DNA of 64,000 bases from Macrostomum lignano (lineage: Eukaryota): NCBI GenBank assembly GCA_002269645.1, contig NIVC01000149.1:281358-345357 (forward strand), given 5' to 3'. Made by a program: the position numbers and the translations under genes. This document shows positions 26,199-38,295 of this stretch, piece after piece. Below the pieces are notes generated by a model, which saw only the letters and a program-made list of their open reading frames with translations, ran no database searches and was not told the origin of the DNA. Numbering within the stretch: position 1 is the first letter of the stretch; each line of letters opens with the position of its first letter.

Positions 26199-27313
26199 AT
26201 ATGAATTATTATTAATAATTATTAATTAATAATTCACATAATATAATAAAACAATTAAATAATTAAAATAAAAGGGGTATCCAGCATGGTTCAGACCTTG
26301 GTTGCAATAGGTATCTATGTCTGAGCCTGTGAAAGGATCAAAGTTTGCCTATGCACTTAAAAACAAATCAATAATTTTTTAGTCAGGATGGTAGGTAACT
26401 TAACTTGTCTGCACTGGAAAAACCTGCTTAGGAAAATTCCCAGAAAACAGCATTAGAGGAAATCTAGAGAATAGATACTTTAGATTATTCTATATTCTAG
26501 AAGACACTAGAAAAATAATAATTTTATATTGCAGCATGCTTAGCTTAACAGGCTTAAGAATCATAAAAAATTTAAGTTGCGAAAAGTTAAAAAAATACTC
26601 TTTATTCATAAAAATAAAAAAAATAGCTTTAGCCTGTGAAATAGCTTTATTATGTTTTGTTTTATGCAGTTATATGTGTCGGCACGATTTCAAGTTCAAC
26701 GAAACCCGAGGTGAATCTTAAACAGAGTTCACTCAGTCACTCACCTGATCGACAGACGAAGCAAGAGCCAAGTAGGCTTATTATTATCATATTACTAGCT
26801 AGCTTATTACTTACTAGCCGGAGTATATATGAACATTATTTTAGACGCGCTCCTGTGTAGTCCTGAGCAGTTTTGTTGTATTATATGTTCTTAAACTCCC
26901 AACGTCGTGACAACGTTCCAAGATAGCTGCAACTGCAAGCAATTTTTTGTGCTTGTGTTACATGTTGACAGCATTACTAGGCCTAGTAAAATGGTCATGG
27001 AAGTCAAATTCGGATTTTCTGCTGTTGTATTTGTCTACATCAAGTAATAAATTCTGATTTAAAAGTACTGGTTTAAATTATTTTCAATAACAATGTGTTA
27101 AAGTCAAAGAGATCATGTGAAGTCTAAATATCATTTAGTACCAATCATAATCAGACCTCCAGAAAGATATTTAAAGTTATTTCTAGTATTTTTCCATTCC
27201 ATTTGTTAAATATTTCTTGAATATTAGAATAGTAATAAACAAGTTGAATAGGCCTACATTTTTCATCTTGAATTTTTGACATATGATATATAATCCTTTT
27301 GCCTATTGCATTA

Positions 27314-27877
27314 GGTGGATGCCCGTCAAAACAGCCACATGCGGAATGGCCACACGACAAAACGGCCACACTGTCAAAATGGCCACATAAAACAAAAAGG
27401 GTTGCAGATCAACTTTGTTCTATTCGTTATGTTAAGGAAGCTTCGTTATATTAATTATTTTTAGCTTTGGTACTTGCATCAGCATCAAAATGCAAAAGAA
27501 GTGAATGCATTGAGATATTGTGAAATTTATGTAGGCCGAAAAGGATCCAAAAAGGAAGCACCAGAGAAGCGAAGACAAAATTGTATTTTATGGAGCAACC
27601 AACAGTTATGCAAATTTTTAAAATATGCTAAAATAGTTATGTAAGAAAGTTAAAAAATGCTAAAATGGTTCACAAAGTATCACAAAGTAAAATTTACCAC
27701 AAAAGTTAAAAAGTTAAGAGCTTAAATGTCACTCAAAGCTGCACTAAAAAATTCCTGTTGCAATCATCTCCAGCAGCATTATTACATTGTGTGGCCATTT
27801 TGTCGTGTGGTCGTTTTGACGGTATGGCCATTTTGTCGTGTGGCTGTTCCACGTGTGGCCGTTTTGATGGCACCCCC
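27314..27877. mobile_element. MITE-like element with roughly 80-bp subrepeated TIRs (MULE-like)
   Basis: The left arm GGATGCCCGTCAAAACAGCCAC...AAAATGGCCACA is inverted at about 27790-27877. No convincing TSD. Confidence 0.65.
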
Positions 27878-27989
27878 ATTGGGTACTATGAATATGATCA
27901 TTTTTGGTTCCAGCCAAAGTCGTCATATTCGAGATCATCATCTGCGGCTTATGAGAAAAAAAACTAAATTATCTAAATTGTCATTATCT

Positions 27990-28643
27990 CAGTATTGGAC
28001 AATGCTGCATTCACTTCACTAAATCATCATATTGTGTTGCATTGGCTGCGCAAGGATCTTGCTCATGGCGGCAACGTGTTCTTGTTTGCCAACAAATTAA
28101 AATGATTTATAACTCCATATCTATCTGCATCTTAGCAATGTTATGCCTAAGGTGGAAATTTTTAACTTCAAATGTGCTATGTAATAGGTGATTTGTGAAG
28201 TATTCCCCACCACAAGGAAACAAGGCTGCCTATTTCATTTCATTAGATCCACGAATGATGCCAGGCTGCTCTGGCTAGTAGAATACATTGAGATGACTTG
28301 GCTGACATATCCTGTGTAGACCAAGACAAATGTTAGCATTTTTTGGCAGAAAGTATGCATAAATAATGAAAAAGGCTAGCATCGTTGGGTGAAGAACAGA
28401 GCAGGCAATGCAAATGTATATATGCTATTCCAGCTGCTATACAAGGAGGCCAATGTTGCTGCTATACAGGTGGAACTAGTACTACAGGGCTCCAAAAGTT
28501 GCAACCATTGTGCAAAATATGCCAAACTGCAGATGCGACTCAGTGAGCTATGGAGATTGTACATAGCTGGGCAGCAGAGCATCCACAAATTCCTACGTGC
28601 CTGCAGTCAGCTTCAGCCTGAAGGATTACAAGCTTTTGCTTAA
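27990..28643 (+). pseudogene. Degraded MULE (Mutator-like) transposase, C-terminal fragment
   Basis: Broken frames give ...LRKDLAHGGNVFLFANKL..., LVEYIEMTW and HRWVKNRAGNANVYMLFQLLYKEA...YAKLQMRLSELWRLY...FLRACS. This resembles the MULE C-terminal pattern (YFE.TW ... EGWH..LN ... LLHKEA ... LW..Y ... LLRAC) from memory. Multiple stops. Confidence 0.6.
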
Positions 28644-31109
28644 AATTTTTAATTCATAACATTTTTATCTACTAAAACTAAAATATAAAATTTGCTTTTA
28701 ACTTTGAACTGATTTGTTAATTTGATTTGTTTGTTAATTTGTTAGTTTGTTAGTTTAAATTGATTTGTTCATTTTATTGCATCATTGCGCCTAGCCTTAT
28801 AAAAAATGTAAACTATACAGTATAGTTCATTTTTATCTTTGTTTTTTTACTTAATTGGCCAATAATTGATACTTATATCAATGAATGAAATATAACTTTA
28901 AACTTGTGAATTCCTTGCTAGTGTTCTCTTTGCATAAATTTGTTTTGATATTTGTCAATCCTCTAGGCTTTATTGGTATATTATATATTAGTCTCAGTAG
29001 TCAGCAATCAGCATTAATTGACATGCTTAGTATAAAAAATTATGGGTGCATGCAAGGGATTTTTGCCTGAAAGTAGAAAAATCCTAAATTAATACACCCT
29101 TGCCTTTGGTCTAAGTTGTCATATTTAAATGTTTAAGTCTTCCAGATTTGTTCAAGTTGTTATCATCACATGACAATTTTAAGTATGACGATTTCGGCTG
29201 CACCTTCATTTTTGCCCAAAAAGATATTTTTCTTACAAATATTTTCTGTATAAATCTTATATTGCCATGACCATGCCTAATGTGTCATTTTTAGTTTTTG
29301 TATTTTAATGATTTTAATAATATATAACTAGAATAGCCAAAACCTTTGCAACAAGCTATAGGCCTAGTCTCTAATAGATTGATAAAAGGCAAAAATACTA
29401 GAATAAGTATATATGTCACTTGCTAAAAATATATTCTACTTTTTTCAGTAGCAAAGTTAGTGGTTTTTGCCTTTTTAATTAACTAATTAATTAAATTTCT
29501 TTACTTTGAAATATATATACTACTTGTAAGCAACAGCTTTCAAGCTGCAAATTTTTTCTTAGTACCAATGGTGCAATTGTAAGCAAACAAATGCTAAGAT
29601 AATACCATTGTACATATAAGAAAAATGTGCACTGCAAGCTGGAAATTGTATTTCATCAGCCATGAGTTTTCTAACAATTTGTGTAGCTACCTTTAGATAA
29701 AAAGTTCATATTTCATTTTTTGTAAAAAGGATGTTTCTAATCTTGAAAATGCCTAAAAGGTAGCAATTTAATTGAAGGCTATATTAATCTATCAAATGTA
29801 TGGCTAAATAGCTTATTCTTTAGGTGTACACCATTAGGCTCAATGGTAGTTAGCACCTACTTGCATGCATGGCACTCTAGAACATATTTTGTTATAATTA
29901 CTAAGCTACTGATATACTCAGCACAATAGCTTTAGCAAGAATAGGATCTGGTTGAGATGGCTATAATGCCTACTATGCAACATTATGCAAAATAAAAATC
30001 ATTTAGAAATGCACAGCTGGTATATATATCAGTATGCAAAAAATTGGCTATCATAACCACAGTGCATCTATCATCTTCACAATTCTATGTTACAAAATCA
30101 GGGTCATTTAGTTTTCTTAACTGCCACTGATCTCAATGCTCTAATAAATGCTATAGACATAGACATAGACAGACCATTTTTGGTATATGGACTCTTACTA
30201 TTTCAATTTATTATCATTAAAATTATTCTACAACCCACTTCCACATGATCCTAAGTCAGACTGCAAGTATAGACAAAGTCAAAACTCTCTTTGTCAATCA
30301 GTGCAATTGAGAGCTCATGAATTGATGCAGCTAAAAGGCGCTAAGCATCTTATAACTTCAGTAGACTTTTCAATCTTGCCACTCTAATAAAAACCACAAA
30401 CTCTATAGAAAGGCCTTAGCTTTGTGTAGGTTGTTAGTTTATGCCAGTTGCTTGAAGCTTTTTTGTGCACTATTGTGGATATTCCAATTTTTGTTTAGTT
30501 TTAAAAATATAAAAGCCTAGATTTTCCAGAATTTTCATAATTTTTTATGAAAATGAAACCCAGTTATGTATTTATGCAAAAAAATAATATATATATATGT
30601 CTTTTTTCTATATAATTGATTTATAAAGTCATTTATTTGCAAAAGGCCTCCTTTTTTAATTTGCTCTTTGCATGCTTATTGGCAAGTCATAGGACCCTCA
30701 TTCTCATTGAAGTCTTTACCAATAATCATCTATTCTTTGGTCTTATCAATATTAGCTTTATCATACATAAATAAGCATTTAGGCCTAGCCAACTCAGGTT
30801 TATTTGTATAAATATGATAGTCAAATGCATGTTAAAATTAAAAATAAAAATTTACATCAAATTTACTATAGTTCACAAATATGTTGCAGATATAACATTA
30901 CTATAATTTGAAATTCAAACAAAATTCACATTTTATGTTTTGTTTTAAGTAAAATGCATGCTTTTTACTTTTGTTTTGATCAATATTAATTTAAAATTTA
31001 ATTTGTTGTACACATTATTATAAAGATAAAAGTTACAATAAAGAGGTTTCATAGTGTCACAAAATTGCATGTCATACTTTTAGCCACATTGGAAGTATAA
31101 AAGTACAAA

Positions 31110-31497
31110 TTACACTTTCAGCCCCATCAGATGTATAAAAAGTCTGCATTGCACTTTCAGTCGCATTGAAAGTCTATAAGTCTGCATTGCACTTTCAGTC
31201 ACATTGACAGTATAAAAGTCCGCATTGCACTTTCAGTCACATTGACAGTATAAAAGTCCGTATTGCACTTTTAGTCACATTGAAAGTATAAAAGTCCGCA
31301 TTGCACTTTCAGTCACATTGAAAGTATAAAAGTCCGCATTGCACTTTCAGTCACATTGAAAGTATAAAAGTCCGCATTGCACTTTCAGTCACATTGAAAG
31401 TATAAAAGTCCGCATTGCACTTTCAGTCACATTGAAAGTATAAAAGTCCGCATTGCACTTTCAGTCACATTGAAAGTATAAAAGTCCGCATTGCACT
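31110..31497. repeat. 38-bp minisatellite upstream of DAD1
   Basis: Unit CATTGCACTTTCAGTCACATTGAAAGTATAAAAGTCCG, about 10 copies. Confidence 0.95.
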
Positions 31498-31561
31498 GCA
31501 TGCCACATTAAGAGTTTAGTTTCTCCTAGAGGTCAACACCCGATCGCATTCTTTAGCCAGC

Positions 31562-31948
31562 ATGTCAAACAGAAAAGAAGTCGCTGCCGCCAGTCAGAGC
31601 GCCGCCATCCAGGACTCCTTTGGCACCATCGTGCGCAGATTCATTAACGAATACTGGAGCGGCACCTCGCGCTCGCTGAAGATCATCGACGCCTACATGT
31701 TTTACATTCTCATCACGGGCGTGGTCCAGTTTGCCTACTGCTGCCTGGTTGGCACTTTTCCATTTAACTCCTTCCTCAGCGGCTTCATCAGCTGCGTGGC
31801 CAGCTTTGTCCTTGCCAGCTGCCTGCGCATGCAGGTCAATCCGCAGAACAAGTCCGAGTTCTCTGGCATCACCAAGGAGAGAGCGTTTGCCGACTTCCTG
31901 TTTGCCAGCCTGCTGCTCCATCTGGTTGTTATCAACTTCATCGGATGA
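31562..31948 (+). CDS. DAD1: DAD1/OST2 oligosaccharyltransferase subunit, 128 aa, intronless
   Basis: [59 protein letters not shown]...[23 protein letters not shown] is the canonical DAD1 sequence. Confidence 0.98.
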   Translation: MSNRKEVAAASQSAAIQDSFGTIVRRFINEYWSGTSRSLKIIDAYMFYILITGVVQFAYCCLVGTFPFNSFLSGFISCVASFVLASCLRMQVNPQNKSEFSGITKERAFADFLFASLLLHLVVINFIG

Positions 31949-32077
31949 GCTCCGCCCGGCTGCTCTTGTGGGCTGACTCTGGCGAATGGAGAAATTATTT
32001 GATTAGCTGTCAGTGCTAAGCATGGGCGAGAGTTCACTGTTCACTACTGATTATAGTACTATCGACCTTATCGTCCC

Positions 32078-32690
32078 CTGGGACCTGATCCCGATCGCAT
32101 AGTCCCTTGGGACCTGATCCCAATCGCATAGTCCCTTGGGACCTGATCCCGATCGCATAGTCTCTTGGGACCTGATCCCGATCGCATAGTCCCTTGGGAC
32201 CTGATCCCAATCGCATAGTCTCTTGGGACCTGATCCCGATCGCATAGTCCCTTGGGACCTGATGCCGATCTCATAGTCCCTTGGGACCTGATCCCGATCG
32301 CATAGTCTCTTGGGACCTGATCCCGATCGCATAGTCTCTTGGGACCTGATCCCGATCGCATAGTCCCTTGGGACCTGATCCCGATCGCATAGTCCCTTGG
32401 GACCTGATCCCGATCGCATAGTCCCTTGGGACCTGATCCCGATCGCATAGTCCCTTGGGACCTGATCCCGATCTCATAGTCCCTTGGGACCTGATCCCGA
32501 TCGCATAGTCCCTTGGGACCTGATCCCGATCTCATAGTCCCTTGGGACCTGATCCCGATCGCATAGTCCCTTGGGACCTGATCCCGATCTCATAGTCCCT
32601 TGGGACCTGATCCCGATCGCATAGTCCCTTGGGACCTGATCCCGATCTCATAGTCCCTTGGGACCTGATCCCGATTTTATAGTCCCTTGG
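32078..32690. repeat. 29-bp minisatellite (GTCCCTTGGGACCTGATCCCGATCGCATA)
   Basis: About 21 units, starting about 130 bp after the DAD1 stop. Confidence 0.95.
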
Positions 32691-33544
32691 TCTTTGATCA
32701 CTCTCTTTTCGAATCCTAAGGTTTGTAAAGCGAGTATGGTGACATACTTGGATTAGAATTAGTTGGTGATCATTCCCGCTTCATACTACTGCACTGATAA
32801 GCCAATTCGAGTAGGCCGTCCGCGTAAAGCCGTTATAATTGTCGCAATCTATGTACCTGCTGCAAGATATATACTGAGGGCGGTTTTGTGTTCGGTGATG
32901 TGTTAGCCTTATACCAATTAACATTAGTGTAGCAAATATGTTTTTTGTTGGGTTCCTAAAGTAGTTTTTCTCCTGTAGAACAAAAACTAATATCAATACG
33001 TGTGCGCTACTTGCACTACTAATTCTAGTAGCGTGTTGCAGTTTTTTTGTCAAGAAAACAGCACGTCATTATCTTCTGATTCTTTATAGCGAGCGCTCAA
33101 TATTGAAGTGAGCGGATGAGCTCCTAATTGTTACTTGCCTATCATCGGTGTTTGGCTTTTCCTCTCTGTAGAAGCCGTGCATTGTGCGTATTTATACTGC
33201 CCAAATCAAATCGAACTGACCCTTTTTTATCTGTTTTCATTGTTTCTCGTTTCGTTTCTATTCATACGGTTTCCTTAGCAATATGTTCCGTTGAATTCAA
33301 TCGCTTGTCACGTTCGCGCGGCTAGATTGCCCCGTTACTGTTCTATGCATATTCTCTATCACAAAATTCCAATATTCTTCATCGTTACGATTAGCAAACA
33401 TTTGACTTTCTCTGCAAAATCTTTTTTGTTTGTTATCTGCTTTGCGACTCTTTTGGACTCACCGGTTGGCGCTGTGCCAAAATTTGATTATTAAGCACGT
33501 GGGTCCTAGTCCTTGTCGGTTTCCGGGTCATTGAGAATCTTAGA

Positions 33545-33912
33545 TCCCTAATCTTTGAGATTCCCCGGATCCCAAATCTTTGCGAGTCCCCGGATCCCAA
33601 ATCTTTGCGAGTCCTCGGATCCCAAATCTTTGCGAGTCCTCGGATCCCAAATCTTTGCGAGTCCTCGGATCCCAAATCTTTGCGAGTCCTCGGATCCCAA
33701 ATCTTTGAAATTCCCCGTATCCTAAGTTTGGTCCCCGGATCCCAAATCTTTGTGAGTCCTCGGATCCCAAATCTTTGCGAGTCCCCGGGTCCCAAATCTT
33801 TGAAATTCCCAGTATCCTAAGTTTGGTCCCCGGATCCCAAATCTTTGCGAGTCCCCGGGTCCCAAATCTTTGCGAGTCCCCGGGTCCCAAGTTTGAGATT
33901 CCCCGGATCCCA
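33545..33912. repeat. 25-bp minisatellite (GAGTCCTCGGATCCCAAATCTTTGC)
   Basis: Seen directly. Confidence 0.92.
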
Positions 33913-34369
33913 AGTTCCTTCATTGTACCCCAAACTGTAGCTTGTCATTTGCGTCACAAACTCTGTCCGGTTTCTGCCTTTCTCCTCCTTCACATTTAAA
34001 CCATTAGATGTTGTTTGCTATCTCCGGCATAATTTAATTTCTTCGGTCAAAGTTAGTGACGGATAAGCTGGCAGTGAGAATTGTTGCAGCACCCCATTGC
34101 TGTTATTCTATTCAGAAGTTGAAAATATTCAAATAAACAAAGAATTCTTAGAAACACCCCGACGCAGTCGGACAGTCGCCTCCCGTTGCGCTGCGGCAAA
34201 GGCAATGGCCTAATTGGAATTGCGGGCGATCAAGCTTGTCTTGCTGTGTTACTCTTCTGGTCTAGTTTATATTCATTATATTTGCAGCTTAGGGCATAGC
34301 ATAAGTGGGACAGTTTCTTACCCAGATCCTCAGTCCGTTGCCGTTGCGCTGCCTCAGTTTCTGGGCACC

Positions 34370-34925
34370 CAGGAGCCAGCCTCCCACATCCTCAGTGACT
34401 GGTCCACCGCCAGCCTCCCAGATCTTGAGTTGTTGGGCCAGCCTCCCAGATCCTCAGTTGCTGGGCCACCGCCAGCCTCCCAGATTCCCAGCTGCTGAGC
34501 CAGCCTCCCAGATCCTCAGTTGCTGTGCCAGCCTCCCACATCCTCAGTGACTGGTCCACCGCCAGCCTCCCAGATCTTGAGTTGTTGGGCCAGCCTCCCA
34601 GATCCTCAGTTGCTGGGCCACCGCCAGCCTCCCAGATTCCCAGCTGCTGAGCCAGCCTCCCAGATCATCAGTTGTTGGGCCAGCCTCCCAGATCCTCAGT
34701 TGCTGTGCCAGCCTCCCACATCCTCAGTGACTGGTCCACCGCCACCCTCTCAGATCTTCAGTTGCTGGGCCAGCCTCCCAGATCCCCAGTTGCTGGGCCA
34801 GTCTCCCAAATCCTCAGTTTCTGGGCCAGCCCCCAGATCCTCAGCTGCTCGGCTAGCCTCCCAGATCCTCAGTTGCTGAGCCTCCCAGATGCTCAGTTGC
34901 TGGGCCAGCTTCCCAGATCCCCAGG
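34370..34925. repeat. Degenerate minisatellite (GCCAGCCTCCCAGATCCTCAGTTGCTG) upstream of LLPH
   Basis: Seen directly. Confidence 0.9.
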
Positions 34926-34993
34926 CTCAGGGCCTCTTTAAGATCAGCACTAGTCCAACCCTACCGCCGCCGCCGCCCGCTCCCGCAGCTGCC

Positions 34994-35404
34994 ATGGCCA
35001 AGAGTCTGCGGTCCAAGCGGATGCGTCACAACCGCGCCATCAAGCGAGAGAAAATCTACGGGCCGAAGGAGCTGGCCCGGCTGAAGAAAACCGTGGCCGG
35101 CTTAACTGACGGCGGAACCGTTGCTAACGACGCAGAGATGCGCGACGTAGCCGTTGTCAGGGACTCTACCGAAGTTGCTAAGGAGCTGGCGGAGAAGCGA
35201 AACCAACAGAAATCGGCGTACGACTCGAAGACGCTGCAAGACGAGCACGGTTGCTACCCGCCCTGGATGAACCAGCGGCGCATCCGGCGGCACCAGGCCC
35301 ACCTGCAGAAGCAGAAGTCGGGCAAGAGTGCGGCGGCTTCGGGCAATACGGCATCTGCAAAGCGGGGCGGAAAGAAGCGACCGAAGAAAAAGTCTGCTTG
35401 GTGA
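34994..35404 (+). CDS. LLPH: LLP homolog (LLPH/LAP18), 136 aa, intronless
   Basis: Starts MAKSLRSKRMRHNRAIKREK, has an internal HGCYPPWMNQR motif and a basic C-terminus ending in W; Kozak context GCCATGG. Confidence 0.92.
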   Translation: MAKSLRSKRMRHNRAIKREKIYGPKELARLKKTVAGLTDGGTVANDAEMRDVAVVRDSTEVAKELAEKRNQQKSAYDSKTLQDEHGCYPPWMNQRRIRRHQAHLQKQKSGKSAAASGNTASAKRGGKKRPKKKSAW

Positions 35405-35536
35405 CATTGTGATGAACTTGGGCTTCTAATATGGGTATTTTATGCGCTTTCTTACGAAAGAACGGTAGAAGAAATGTGTTGCAGCAATTGTCTAACATCT
35501 TCCGAGGTCCTCTTTTTCCAATCCGTGTAATTTCAT

Positions 35537-36130
35537 TAGAATCCGCCCCCCCCCCAATTCCACTAGAATCCGCCCCCTAATTCCACTAGAATCCGCCCCA
35601 ATTCCTCTAGAATCCGCTCCTAGTTCCACTAGAATCCGCCCCCAATTCCACTAGATCCTCCCCCTAATTCCACAAGAATCCGCCTCTAATTTCTCTAGTA
35701 GCCGCCATCTAATTCCCCTAGAATCCGCCCCATAATTTCTCTAGAATCCGCCCCCAATTCCACTAGAATCCGCCCTAAATTCCACTAGAATCCGCCCCCA
35801 ATTCCGCTAGAATCCGCCCCCAATTCCACTAGAATCCGCCCCCAATTCCACTAGAATCCGCCCTAAATTCCACTAGAATCCGCCCCCAATTCCGCTAGAA
35901 TCCGCCCCCAATTCCACTAGAATCCGCCCTAAATTCCACTAGAATCCGCCCCCAATTCCACTAGAATCCGCCCTAAATTCCACTAGAATCCGCCCTAAAT
36001 TCCACTAGAATCCGCCCCCAATTCCACTAGAATCCGCACTAAATTCCACTAGAATCCGCCCCCAATTCCACTAGAATCCGCCCCCAATTCCACTAGAATC
36101 CGCCCCTCATTCTCCGAGAACCCGCCCCCT
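35537..36130. repeat. 22-bp minisatellite (GAATCCGCCCCCAATTCCACTA)
   Basis: About 26 units. Confidence 0.95.
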
Positions 36131-37379
36131 AACTCTGTTAGTAATCCAGGGCCGACAATTTGCTATAGCGATTTAATTCTTGAAGCAAAAACTGCTTTAG
36201 CATTTCTTCTTATTCCAAACTTAATGAAGTTGTATGGGTTACTCCAGTCACTTATAAATAAACTTGAGATCTGAAAATTCGCCATATTGTCCGGTTCTCT
36301 CCTGGCATTTTCGGTTGCTCAGCCGTTGGAATAATTGCTTCTGAATTTGATCTTCATTTCTCTTTCCTTTATTTTTTAAAGTACATGCATTTTGTAGCTC
36401 TTTTAAACCGCTGAATGCTGCTATTGAATGCGCGTGCACCAATGGAAAGTGCAACCGTCCCATGCTACTCAAAGTACAGTAGCGCGGAGACCACACTGCG
36501 TGTCTCTGAGGAGTGTCGCATGCTGCCCATCTGCCGGCCGTCGCGGATTCGCCATTGCGAAAGCATTGGTAAAGTCAGGGTCGCAATCGCTGTAGTATGA
36601 CAGATTCCCAGCCCGCCTGCGCAACCTCGAGCAAAAAAGGCAATAAAAATAATTAATGTTAGCAACTCGCGCCGCCCTTTGCTCACCGCATGGGGTCCGT
36701 CTGGAGAGTCGAATAGTGCCGCCGCAACCGAAAATCCCCAAAAACTGGGATTCCCAGCCCCGGCGGCGATTTGCCCTTCCTTCCCCCCTCGGAGACTGGC
36801 CGATGAGAACAACTGACTCCGTTCCCGGGGTCCTTAACCTCGGGCTTCGATGGGGAGCCCCGCGGGGCAGGGCGCTGATTGGGATGGGAGTGTCCGGGCC
36901 TGGCTTGATACTGTTAATAATGGGCTGCGGCTCTGAGTGCCCGACCGTGTTTTTTTCTCCGTGTTTATTGTCGCCGAGATTGCTCCCGTGAAGTGTTTGA
37001 GCAGGCAAGTCTGCCCCCCCCCCCCCTATTGTTGCGGCATGTTTTTTGCGCGCCTCGGGGCTGAGAGCTGTTCTCCAAATATGGTTTTTTCAATGAAAAG
37101 GTTGGGCCTAAACACCACCTATAGCTTTGGAATGAAAATCAACTACGGCTCGTAGATGCTTGAGATTTGACAGTTTTCGACAAACTGCTTCTGCTCTGCT
37201 TCAAAGCAGTCGCGGAAGTTGTGGCTGCGGTTTTTTTAGTCGGGTAATTCTTCTTTCCGTAATTAATTGCACCTTGGTGTTGCAGTGTTTTGCTTTTTTA
37301 CCGTGCATATGCATGATTATAAGTCTCTTGAATCGTAATCCTAAAAAGCACTTTTATCTAGCGTCCCATAAGAATCCCA

Positions 37380-38295
37380 AGCAGACACTTCAGAATCTCC
37401 AGCAGACACATTTGAGAATTCTCAAAAAGCAGACACTTCGCAGTCCCAAGCAGACACATTTCAGAGCCCCAAGCAGACACATTTCAGAGCCCCAAGCAGA
37501 CACATTTCAGAGCCCCAAGCAGACACATTTCAGAGCCCCAAGCAGACACATTTCAGAGCCCCAAGCAGACACATTTCAGAGCCCCAAGCAGACACATTTC
37601 AGAGCCCCAAGCAGACACATTTCAGAGCCCCAAGCAGACACATTTTAGAGCCCCAAGCAGACACATTTCAGAGCCCCAAGCAGACACATTTCAGAGCCCC
37701 AAGCAGACACATTTCAGAGCCCTAAGCAGACACATTCCAGAGCCCCAAGCAGACACATTTGAGAGCCCCAAGCAGACACATTTGAGAGCCCCAAGCAGAC
37801 ACAGTTCAGAGCCCCAAGCAGACACATTTCAGAGCCCCAAGCAGACACATTTCAGAGCCCCAAGCAGACACATTTCAGAGCCCCAAGCAGACACATTTCA
37901 GAGCCCCAAGCAGACACATTTCAGAGCCCCAAGCAGACACATTTCAGAGCCTCAAGCAGACACATTCCAGAGCCCCAAGCAGACACATTTCAGAGCCCCA
38001 AGCAGACACATTTCAGAGCCCCAAGCAGACACATTTGAGAGCCCCAAGCAGACACATTTCAGAGCCCCAAGCAGACACATTTCAGAGCCCCAAGCAGACA
38101 CATTTTAGAGCCCTAAGCAGAGACATTTTAGAGCCCCAAGCAGACACATTTGAGAGCCCCAAGCAGACACATTTCAGAGCCCCAAGCAGACACATTTTAG
38201 AGCCCTAAGCAGAGACATTTTAGAGCCCCAAGCAGACACATTTGAGAGCCCCAAGCAGACACATTTGAGAGCCCCAAGCAGACACATTTCAGAGC
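37380..38295. repeat. 23-bp minisatellite (CAGACACATTTCAGAGCCCCAAG)
   Basis: About 39 units. Confidence 0.95.
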
